NCBI GenBank assembly: GCA_963713925.1
Contig: OY970212.1
Location: forward strand, 160,001-224,000
DNA from: an uncultured bacterium
Lineage (GTDB): Bacteria > Babelota > Babeliae > Babelales > Vermiphilaceae
Reading direction: 5' to 3'
Length of the DNA: 64,000 bases
Part shown: positions 19,886 to 28,756 of the stretch, one piece after another
How positions within the stretch are numbered: the first letter of the stretch is position 1
Layout of the letters: the number at the start of each line of letters is the position of its first letter
The notes under the pieces: model-generated
What the model was told of the DNA's origin: nothing
Seen by the model: the letters and a program-made list of their open reading frames with translations, nothing else
The model's database searches: none
Position numbers and translations under genes: made by a program

Positions 19886-22219
19886 TTATGCAAAATCCAA
19901 GAGAGCTCTGCCTGTATGACTGTCTGTCTCTCCGGACAGGTCGCGCTTGATTTTTGCCATCAAAGCATTTCGTTTTGCACAATATTTTCTATATTCGGGA
20001 GTATCTTGCCCCAGGCTAAATGGATAAATTTTTATATCCTCGCCAGCTTTTTTGGGATTGAGTGCGTAATCATTGGTAAGGATCATGCAATGCTCAATTC
20101 TATCGGAGTCAAAATCGTACATTTTTGGGTGCGCATGAGTATCATTTTTATTGGTGTAAGTATATTTCGTAATTTTTTCAGGCTTTGTTTTAAGAATATC
20201 AACAACCTTCGAAATATTATGAGTCAGGTTTTGGGAACCATTGGTATTATTTTCCCCGTCGATTTCAAAAAGAGCTTTATATCCTCCCGGTACAGCCGGA
20301 TACATATAATTCGATGCTTCTTTTGGATCAATTGAAAATAAAAGTAAAGTTCCCTTATTTTCTGCCTGTTTATGCAGTTGCGTTAATTCTTCAATTTCTT
20401 GTTCATATTTTGAATAATAATTTTCAAAACCTGCGGTCTTGAAAATATCCTTCATATTAAAATCAACTTTGCTCATATCTCTATTATCATACCAGTAAGA
20501 AAAGGTGCAACTTCCCGAATTTGTGGTGTTTCCAAAGAGGGCATGATTCATAAATAACAACTTTGGCCTTAAATCGTCTGTTCTTCCTTCTGAAAGCAAT
20601 GTTTCACGAATGGTTTGCTGTTCCGGGGTATTCTCATATCCGGGCTCAAATCTTAAAAAGCGATAATTTTTAAATCGTTTCCCAGCCTTGATTGCCATCA
20701 AATTGGTAAACAAATCTTGTAAAATATCCCAATCCCATTTACACCCATGCACAAAGGTCAAGCGGCCATCTTTTTGTTCTTTTTGCTCTTGTTGATGTAT
20801 TTTCTTTATAAAATTCATTGTTGCTGTTTGTGCGAATGCATTCTGAAAAGTCTCTTTGATATCATCATCATGTTCTAAAAAATGTTCCTGTGTTTGACTC
20901 AAGTGATTAAATTCAGAATCTATTTTTTTGGAGCGTGTGGGTGAGGGTAAAGCAAGAACGACATCATATTTATATTCTAATCTTGGCCTGTACCATGGGA
21001 TAGAGTAGTTGTTATACAATGCCGTAAGGTGACAGTATCTCGCGAACAAATAATTCCAGTTTAATGGTGCTCTTTTTTGCGATTGCTTCTTGATGAGCTC
21101 AGGTTTATCTTTCAAAAGAATTGAGTCAACTCGGTGAAAGGTCTGTTGTTCATTCCAAAAATTTTGTATGACTGTTGGGTCTTTTTCGTATGTCTCAATT
21201 GTTTGTTTTATTGCATCAAGAATCTTTCCACGAGATTTAAAAGAAGTTCTAAACAAAATAGTTCTCAATGCTTCTGCGTTTAGACGATTAATGTTTGAGG
21301 TTATGCTCTCGGTCAAAGACGCTAGTTCCGATGATGAAATAGTATTGGCCAATTTTTCAAGTTCGTTCGAATTAAAATCCTGAAAGTTATTTCGTACATG
21401 GGGCACTATTGTGGATTTCAAATCATTAGTTAAGGCTCTATTGGAAGCATTCAAATAAACGAAAATATTTTTAACACATGCTGTGGTTAATGGCTTTGTC
21501 TTGACCTGCTTCATAAGATCTATTGAATTACCGGTCTTGGACGCAATGCGGGATAATGTTTCGGAATCTACTTCAGAGAATTTGTTGCCGACGACGCTCA
21601 ATAGTTTTTGTACATCGGAATCATTATTAATTTTCTTTTCACCAAATTCATTTTCTATAAACAAATTTGTTAAAAGAGTGTTCGTTGTTTCAGGATTAAG
21701 ATGTGAAATATCTTGATCTGCGGCAGATATGAATGAGTTTCTTGCCTCAGGTAGTTGCATTAAAAACTGGAATCCAACAGGGGAAACCTTTTTCCAATCA
21801 GATGCGGCAACTTGTGTAAATTCTTGAGCGAATGTTTGTGGACCAACTTTTTCATCAATGAGAGAGCCAAGTCTTTCTTCATAATGGTTAAGCATTGCCC
21901 CGAGAAGTTCAGTTTTTTTCTTGCTTATAAAATCGAAAGTTTTTGAGCCCCATTTATCTTTGTCATTTACTTCGGATTCATCAAGCCATTGTAAGCCTTT
22001 TTGAACGGCTGAGTATTGCACATTGAACTTGGCTGCTTTGAATCGAGTTGACACGTTTTTGAGCTTATTCTGAGCCAAATCTAACCATTGCCCAGCTTCA
22101 GATTTCATTCCTGCAAACATCTCAGGGGTCATTTTATCATGCAGATGGGCAGTCATAGGGTGGGTTGAGGCCATTGCCAAGAGGGCGCTCCATAGGGTAA
22201 ATCGTATAATAATAGTCAT
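19886..22219 (-). CDS. Large hypothetical exported protein
   Basis: 777-aa ORF with signal peptide; no family recognised. Confidence 0.8.
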   Translation of the reverse strand: MTIIIRFTLWSALLAMASTHPMTAHLHDKMTPEMFAGMKSEAGQWLDLAQNKLKNVSTRFKAAKFNVQYSAVQKGLQWLDESEVNDKDKWGSKTFDFISKKKTELLGAMLNHYEERLGSLIDEKVGPQTFAQEFTQVAASDWKKVSPVGFQFLMQLPEARNSFISAADQDISHLNPETTNTLLTNLFIENEFGEKKINNDSDVQKLLSVVGNKFSEVDSETLSRIASKTGNSIDLMKQVKTKPLTTACVKNIFVYLNASNRALTNDLKSTIVPHVRNNFQDFNSNELEKLANTISSSELASLTESITSNINRLNAEALRTILFRTSFKSRGKILDAIKQTIETYEKDPTVIQNFWNEQQTFHRVDSILLKDKPELIKKQSQKRAPLNWNYLFARYCHLTALYNNYSIPWYRPRLEYKYDVVLALPSPTRSKKIDSEFNHLSQTQEHFLEHDDDIKETFQNAFAQTATMNFIKKIHQQEQKEQKDGRLTFVHGCKWDWDILQDLFTNLMAIKAGKRFKNYRFLRFEPGYENTPEQQTIRETLLSEGRTDDLRPKLLFMNHALFGNTTNSGSCTFSYWYDNRDMSKVDFNMKDIFKTAGFENYYSKYEQEIEELTQLHKQAENKGTLLLFSIDPKEASNYMYPAVPGGYKALFEIDGENNTNGSQNLTHNISKVVDILKTKPEKITKYTYTNKNDTHAHPKMYDFDSDRIEHCMILTNDYALNPKKAGEDIKIYPFSLGQDTPEYRKYCAKRNALMAKIKRDLSGETDSHTGRALLDFA

Positions 22220-22447
22220 AGGTCACCTTATGAAAAATAGAGGATTCTATTCCTATATATCATACTATAAATATTCAAATTGTCAATTTGTGCAGGTATA
22301 GCCTATACCTGAAATCGATTTTCGGGTAGGAAGGCTTTTTTATGTATTTTTTGCAGGTATAAACAGCATTGCAAAAACTATATTAGAAATTTCTTGAATT
22401 ATGCTCAGTAACATTGATATCTTAGTAGGCGAGCATATAAAATTATA

Positions 22448-23716
22448 GTGGTAAAAAGGGAAATCATGGAGCGTTTCGTAGGGGAAAAGCAGGTAAAATA
22501 TCATATTTTATTAGTCATTTTATTATTGGTCGCTGCCGTTTGTGCCCCACGCCTTTTTCTGGCTATGCGCTCTTTTTTATCAAAAAGCCAGGTTTCCACC
22601 ACCCCTTCAGGACTTATGCTCGGTGTTGATCTTTGTGATAAAGCGGCGCTTAAAAAACTTCTACAATCCAAAGGCTCCTTTGCGCTTGTGGCAAATCGGC
22701 TGAGCCTGACCAGCTCAGGGCTGCATACCATTGATCACCTTGTTTGCCAAGGCTTTGTTCCGCAATACTGTTTGTCCACGCATGAGTTTCATTTCTCAAA
22801 GGCAGACGCATCTTATTTATATCAAGCATCCGGAACTGCCGTTCCCTGTATCAATTTGTATGTTGAGAATGCGCTTAATACAGAGCCGCTTCAGGCTGTT
22901 GATACTATCATCTTTGATATGTCGGATCGAGGACTCGTCCAAGATGCGTATCAAAAAATGGTATTGGATGTTATGACCTATGCCCACTCGAATCAAAAAA
23001 AGCTCATTATTCTCGATCGTCCAACGCAGGTGAGCAGCTCCATAGAGGGGACATTAAAACGTATCGCGTCAGATGCTTACACCATACAACTGCCCATTGC
23101 TCATGGATTAACGCTCGGGGAACTTGCCACCTTTTATAATCATCAGCTTTTTCATAACGAAATTGATATGCATATCAATCAGATGAAACATTTTACAAGA
23201 GATGTCACGGACTTTACCGGCAATGATGCTACCTATATAAAAATGGTGCTCAAGCCATTTGAAGCAATTGCTCCCTTTGATATCACACCACCAACCGATG
23301 CATGTCACCAATGCATTCTACTGGCCGATTCTCTGTCATTTGATCGGCATAATTGGTTTGATTTACGCGCCCAGCTCAAAAAATATGGCATCGATGCGCG
23401 CATGTATCGCTATTATAATGAACTCAAAAAAGAATATATGAGTGGATTGCAGCTTTTTGCGATGCCGGGGCAAACGAAAAAGCCACTGCAAACAACTGTT
23501 TTTCTCCTGCAATTTTTTAAACAAAAAGGCCTGGGTTTTCATTTAAATGAACAGTTTGATACGGTTGTCGGCAATCACAAAATACGAAACTACATCGAGG
23601 GTAAAGTGACAAAAGATGTTTTCACCAATGAAACGAATGCTGAACTTTCAACCTACTTTCAAAATGTGTATCCAGCATTTTTATATCAACCGGTTCCGAT
23701 TGTTCTAACGTTATAA
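22448..23716 (+). CDS. Divergent NamZ/DUF1343-like protein (probably degenerate active site)
   Basis: ALVAN, FDMSDRG, ILDRP, PIAHGLTLGELA; lacks PEHG. Confidence 0.75.
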   Translation: MVKREIMERFVGEKQVKYHILLVILLLVAAVCAPRLFLAMRSFLSKSQVSTTPSGLMLGVDLCDKAALKKLLQSKGSFALVANRLSLTSSGLHTIDHLVCQGFVPQYCLSTHEFHFSKADASYLYQASGTAVPCINLYVENALNTEPLQAVDTIIFDMSDRGLVQDAYQKMVLDVMTYAHSNQKKLIILDRPTQVSSSIEGTLKRIASDAYTIQLPIAHGLTLGELATFYNHQLFHNEIDMHINQMKHFTRDVTDFTGNDATYIKMVLKPFEAIAPFDITPPTDACHQCILLADSLSFDRHNWFDLRAQLKKYGIDARMYRYYNELKKEYMSGLQLFAMPGQTKKPLQTTVFLLQFFKQKGLGFHLNEQFDTVVGNHKIRNYIEGKVTKDVFTNETNAELSTYFQNVYPAFLYQPVPIVLTL

Positions 23717-23765
23717 AATGCCCCCAAACGAAAGCTTTTGGGGCCCCCTAAAGAAGGAGTAATGT

Positions 23766-24983
23766 ATGCGGTATTTGTATATAGTGTGCGTACTACTCAT
23801 GCAAAATCTTGCTGCGTACAAACTTGGCATTGATCAATTTTCCCCTCAAGATCTGCGCGTTCTTGGCTACAAACCTGATGCTCGCATAGCACTTGTTACC
23901 AATCAAACCGGCATGAACAGTATCGGCAAAAGCACGCTTGATATTCTGAGGGCGCATCGCCTCACGGTGAGTTGCTTGTGTGCCCCTGAACATGGAGTTG
24001 ATGGAAAAATACAAGCCGGCATTCCTGTGGCAGATTCAACGCAGAAAAAAACACGCATTCCTATTATTAGTTTGTATGGGCATGGCAGAAAAGATTTAAC
24101 GCCTGATTTTTTTGATACATTTGATCTGTTTGTCTTTCACCTACAAGATGCGGGGATGCGCCATTATACTCATGTCGCTACCTTATTATATGTTTTAGAA
24201 TTGGCAAGCATACACAACAAAGGATGTATTGTGCTCGATAGGCCAAACCCGCTGGGGCACATCATGGAAGGCCCGGTCATTGAAAAACCGATGGTAAAAA
24301 ATGGGGTAGCATCATTTTTAGGTTCTGTTCCGTTGCCGTTACGCCATGGCATGACTATTGGGGAAATCGCTCTTTTTTTAAACAAACATGTTTTGAAAAA
24401 ATCGATACCGCTGCATGTTGTTTGCCTGTGTGATTATGAACGAACGATGCATGTCAAACCGCATGATTGTAAAACGCTTTCGCCTAATATCCAAAGTAAA
24501 AAAGCGTGCATGGGCTACAGCTTTTTAGGCCTGCTTGGTGAAGTGCGCCCCTTTGATGTCGGCATTGCAACTGATCATGCCTTTTGCAGATTCGGATTGC
24601 CACATTCTGTTGCCGATAAACAGCAATGGATTGCGTTAAAAAATTCGCTTCACAAAAAAGGAGTAATATCCGAATATAGTGCATATAAACGAAAAGATGT
24701 CACTCACCACGGCCTGACTATACGCGCATTTGATCCTTTGAAAAGCTCAAGTTGCACATTATTTTGCGACATCATTGCTCACTTTAAAAAATGTGGAGTT
24801 ACATGTTCATTCTCAGATCATTTTGATACCGCAGCCGGATCTGAATTGCTTCAAAATCTTGCACAAGGTCTCGTGAAAAAAGAATCTGGCGTTGCAACAC
24901 TTTCGCAGCAATTAAAACAATTTTATACAAAAGCCCAATCCTGTTTTCTGTATAAGCCATATCCGCAAATGCTCGTGCCCTAA
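23766..24983 (+). CDS. Exo-beta-N-acetylmuramidase NamZ (DUF1343) family protein
   Basis: LVTNQTG, APEHG, LQDAGMRHYT, VLDRPNPLG, PLRHGMTIGE. Confidence 0.88.
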   Translation: MRYLYIVCVLLMQNLAAYKLGIDQFSPQDLRVLGYKPDARIALVTNQTGMNSIGKSTLDILRAHRLTVSCLCAPEHGVDGKIQAGIPVADSTQKKTRIPIISLYGHGRKDLTPDFFDTFDLFVFHLQDAGMRHYTHVATLLYVLELASIHNKGCIVLDRPNPLGHIMEGPVIEKPMVKNGVASFLGSVPLPLRHGMTIGEIALFLNKHVLKKSIPLHVVCLCDYERTMHVKPHDCKTLSPNIQSKKACMGYSFLGLLGEVRPFDVGIATDHAFCRFGLPHSVADKQQWIALKNSLHKKGVISEYSAYKRKDVTHHGLTIRAFDPLKSSSCTLFCDIIAHFKKCGVTCSFSDHFDTAAGSELLQNLAQGLVKKESGVATLSQQLKQFYTKAQSCFLYKPYPQMLVP

Positions 24984-24985
24984 TA

Positions 24986-26047
24986 TTAAACAGTTACCTG
25001 TTTTGCCGAAGCTTTTAATACCTGATCTCTTCGCTGCAATGTAAGATCGACAAGTCGATTAATTTGTTTTTTATCTGAATTTTGTAAAGCTTCAGACCAT
25101 ATTGTTTCTAATATTTCTCTGTTTAATGTTATATATGGTTGCAGCATTGATGAATCACAATGCGATATATAACAAGGTCGCATTCTTTTGTCATTCTTAT
25201 AATATTGTATCCACAAACAATTACGCCATGTACAATAGGTAATTCCTTGCTCATGATAACGTTTCCACATTTTTAAACTTTTCTCATAATCGAAGAAATC
25301 TTTAAATGCTTCATGCAGCTCATCCATGGTGGCGTTTTCTAAAGTGATTGCTTGATCAAAGGGAAAAGGAATATCCCAATCATCATTTCGAAGATCACTG
25401 TATGCAACCCGCACAAAGGAAAAATCTCCATATTGGCTCTGTTGTTGATCATATATTCCTGCATTATCAATGAGAGCAAGATATGCTCTATCCTCATTGT
25501 ACTGGACAATTTGATTTCCAAAATTCAAATCCCACTGGCCAAATACAAAATAAAATAATCTCATTGCATCCATCATCTTTGAATCAATTATCTTTGAAAG
25601 ATAATCAGGGTCTTCGTTTTGAAGATCAACATCTGGGTCCACAAAAAATTGCAAACTCCCTTCTTGCCCATTCACAATCCTTAAAACTGTTGGCGGCACA
25701 AGATGAAGATTCAAAATGGATGATGCTTTATAGGCTGCTACCTCAGCAAATCTACACTCGGAAAGCTTGAATACAGCTTTAACGCCACTTTCAAGAATGA
25801 CCAAAAATACTTCGTTATCAAAATCTGATATTTTACCTATGGATGATAAATACTCTTGCATGGGGATACACGAAGTCACTTGTTCATGTGTTAATCGGTT
25901 TTCTATATCTCGGTGATCTAAATTATGATCCCATCTTGGATGAGAGTATGATCGAGCGTTCTCAAGATGGCTTTGGGCGATAATAATGACAACGCTCGCG
26001 CACGAAAAAACTAAGCTGAAGAATAGAATCATACGTTTTTTCATCAA
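24986..26047 (-). CDS. Exported PI3/PI4-kinase-like (atypical kinase) protein A
   Basis: AVFK, EVAAY, VPPTV, GSLQFF, WDLNFGN, LIDN. Confidence 0.75.
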   Translation of the reverse strand: MMKKRMILFFSLVFSCASVVIIIAQSHLENARSYSHPRWDHNLDHRDIENRLTHEQVTSCIPMQEYLSSIGKISDFDNEVFLVILESGVKAVFKLSECRFAEVAAYKASSILNLHLVPPTVLRIVNGQEGSLQFFVDPDVDLQNEDPDYLSKIIDSKMMDAMRLFYFVFGQWDLNFGNQIVQYNEDRAYLALIDNAGIYDQQQSQYGDFSFVRVAYSDLRNDDWDIPFPFDQAITLENATMDELHEAFKDFFDYEKSLKMWKRYHEQGITYCTWRNCLWIQYYKNDKRMRPCYISHCDSSMLQPYITLNREILETIWSEALQNSDKKQINRLVDLTLQRRDQVLKASAKQVTV

Positions 26048-26132
26048 TTCACCTTTCTTGACAATGTTGATGATGTTTTTAACCTGAATAAGTAAATATC
26101 AATAAAAAACAAATTAATCAACAGGGCTATGC

Positions 26133-27200
26133 ATGCTAATATATTTCTGTCTATTCATTCTATCGGTTTTTTACACACCTTTTCTAAAAGCAAGCGATTC
26201 AAAAGATCAGCCACAATGGAATTCTTCATTGGATCACATGAAAATTGAACAACAACTAATGAAACAACCGATTGTGAAATTGGAAGATATGCGTACTTAT
26301 CTTGAAAACTCAGGAAAGATAGCACATTTCTCTAATCAGGTGTATCTCGCTACATTAGCAAGTGGGTTATTGGGAGTATTCAAGCCAGAAAAAGAATTGA
26401 AAGATGCTTTTGCAGAAGTTGCAGCATATAAAGCAAGCAAATACCTTGGATTGCATCTGGTCCCTCCAACGGTTCTAAAAACATTTGATGATCAAAAAGG
26501 TAGTCTTCAATTCTTTGCCCCCTCAAAATACGATTTATTCAAAAAAGATGACTGTGAAAAAGCGACAGCGCTTCTAACAAAAGAACAAAAAAGCAATGGC
26601 GCTTTATTTCGATTCATATTTGGCCAATGGGATATTCATAATGGAAATCATATAATAGCCTCAGACGATGCCGATACATCTGCTCACCTTGCGCTTATTG
26701 ATAATGGCGCTATATCTAATACAACGCATACCCGTTATAGTCAACACTCATATGTCAGAAGATTCTACCGAGAACCACTAGCTTCTGATGAACTTGAGAG
26801 GACTGAGGCTGAAGAATTTCCGTTCGATCGTGCATTTAATATACGCTTTCCCATAACGAGAGAAATAGCCCAAGAAAAATTCAAAGGATTCACAATTACC
26901 GATGATGTTTTAGAGCGTTGGAATCAATATGGAGGGAGAAAAGAATTTGTGATTTGGGAAGATTCTCTCTGGGTAAAATATTACCAAGAAGATACTGTTG
27001 TACCGAATTCTACTGATTATTATTCTGCAGACACCTTGGAAAATTTAAAAAAACTCAACATTTTGGCATTAGAAAAAATATTTAGCGATGCAAGAGAAGC
27101 AAGCAGTAAATTCTGTACAAATCGCTATCTAAAACAAATTTTATCGAGAAGAGATATTGTGTTAGCAGAAGCTAAAAAGTCTATGGCTGACAGCAAGTAA
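26133..27200 (+). CDS. Exported PI3/PI4-kinase-like (atypical kinase) protein B
   Basis: GVFKP, EVAAY, VPPTV, GSLQFF, WDIHNGN, LIDNG. Confidence 0.78.
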   Translation: MLIYFCLFILSVFYTPFLKASDSKDQPQWNSSLDHMKIEQQLMKQPIVKLEDMRTYLENSGKIAHFSNQVYLATLASGLLGVFKPEKELKDAFAEVAAYKASKYLGLHLVPPTVLKTFDDQKGSLQFFAPSKYDLFKKDDCEKATALLTKEQKSNGALFRFIFGQWDIHNGNHIIASDDADTSAHLALIDNGAISNTTHTRYSQHSYVRRFYREPLASDELERTEAEEFPFDRAFNIRFPITREIAQEKFKGFTITDDVLERWNQYGGRKEFVIWEDSLWVKYYQEDTVVPNSTDYYSADTLENLKKLNILALEKIFSDAREASSKFCTNRYLKQILSRRDIVLAEAKKSMADSK

Positions 27201-27242
27201 TCTTATTATAAATTAAATGTCCATCTCGAGATTAGAAAAGAA

Positions 27243-27286
27243 GTTCGTATGGTTCAATTCCGCTGCGCTACACTCACCACGAACGG
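27243..27286 (+). repeat. REP-like palindrome (related inverted copy at 63945-64000)
   Basis: GTTCGTATGGTTC...GCTACACT...CCACGAAC; reverse complement of window end reads GTTCGTATGGTTCGAATTCGCTACACT. Confidence 0.6.
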
Positions 27287-27355
27287 AGAGAACCCCATGC
27301 GAAAGCATGGGTAAAAACGGAGAACAGATTTTTTTTAGTTTCGGAAAGAAGCCTA

Positions 27356-27501
27356 AGAGCTTATACGAAAATTAAGTTTTCTAACTAAAAAAGGGTTGGT
27401 TGTCATGCTGAACTTGTTTCAGCATCCAGGTTAATTAGATCCTGAAATAAATTCAGGATGACATGAAAATAAGGAACTTCTGGGATTTTCGGATAAGCTC
27501 T
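27356..27501 (+). mobile_element. MITE-like element copy 2 (146 bp, shortest form)
   Basis: AGAGCTTATACGAAAAT ... ATTTTCGGATAAGCTCT terminal inverted repeats; inner GTCATGCTGAA...TTCAGGATGAC palindrome. Confidence 0.85.
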
Positions 27502-27684
27502 AAAGTTTCAAATTTTGCAATAATAAAATAAAAAAGTCTGATGAGGTTCACCGAACCAATGAAGCAATTGAAAATTGCGTATGGTGAGTTGAATCTCAAG
27601 AATCTTTAAAACCTCGGTTTTAAATGCCTGGATTCCAAAGGAGGTGTCTGCCACCTCCTTTGGTGCATGTCCCTGCACAAGGGA

Positions 27685-28356
27685 CTAAACTAGGCTTTTA
27701 ATCTTGTTTTTTGTCCACGAAAATCCATCTTTTATTTTTGTTCCCGCATACTGTGCGCTACTCTTAATTTTTTTTAATACTGAATTTTTTTCCTTTAATG
27801 GCGCATACAGTAAAGCAATAATGTTCTCTTGCTCTTCTTTTGATTTGCTATTAAATAGGCGCAATAATTCGTTCTCGCGAGTGCGATCATTCTGAATGTG
27901 AGCAGTTTTGTGTTGTTGCGTTGGTTTTATCGCGCTTTTTTTGCCTTGTGATTTTGACGATGATGAAGATTTTTTCCCAGATAATGAATTCACATTATTC
28001 TTAATGTCACTCGCGCTGCCGCCACCAAAATGGGTTAAATGGCTTTGTTCTTTTCCGTCAACAAAATATTTGAAGGTTGGAAGACTTCGTATATCATGCG
28101 CATCTGCAACTTTTTTCACGGTATCGACATCAACTTCAAGAAATTTTACATCAGGAAATTCTTTTGCAATCGATTCATATGGCGCTTTCATGCCTTTACA
28201 TGCACTGCACCATGGAGCGAAAAATTTCACTACCACTATTCCTGATTTTGTTTCTCTTTCAAAATCGGCAGGAGATGCAATGCTTATGACTTTTGCATAT
28301 GCAACGCCTGACATGAACAGCCCGCTCAGCATTACTATTTTTTTCATTGTTTTCAT
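27685..28356 (-). CDS. Exported thioredoxin-domain protein with basic C-terminal extension
   Basis: Signal peptide, FFAPWCSAC, VDVD, LPTF. Confidence 0.88.
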   Translation of the reverse strand: MKTMKKIVMLSGLFMSGVAYAKVISIASPADFERETKSGIVVVKFFAPWCSACKGMKAPYESIAKEFPDVKFLEVDVDTVKKVADAHDIRSLPTFKYFVDGKEQSHLTHFGGGSASDIKNNVNSLSGKKSSSSSKSQGKKSAIKPTQQHKTAHIQNDRTRENELLRLFNSKSKEEQENIIALLYAPLKEKNSVLKKIKSSAQYAGTKIKDGFSWTKNKIKSLV

Positions 28357-28756
28357 AACAACATCCCTTCTTTTTAATAATGTGTATTACTTTCCTTCAT
28401 ACTACTGAGTCAAATAATCAAGGCGCAAGATATATTTCTTGACATTTTGCAACTTCGCGATTGTTTTCAAAATGTATTTATAATGTCAAAAAGTTGTTGA
28501 AAAATTTTAGAATATTTTTTGCAAAAAAAATTTGGAAAAACTCATTGATTCTAAGGTCTTAAACCGTTACATTATGTGTATGCTTTTTTGAAACGATTAT
28601 TCACATAGAAAGAAATCATAAATTTTTGGTTCTCTGCTTCAGAAATTGGCCGCACATATCCCCGACTTCGGGGGCAGGATAGAATAGTCTCGTTTTAAAG
28701 GTGCATATAAAAAGGTGTAGTAGCATGATTAAGATGGTCGTAATCGAAAGGATACC

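Noticed and set aside
27537..27570. CTGATGAG plus stem resembling a hammerhead ribozyme core
   Set aside because: Stem II is followed by AATG rather than GAAA and no stems I/III were found
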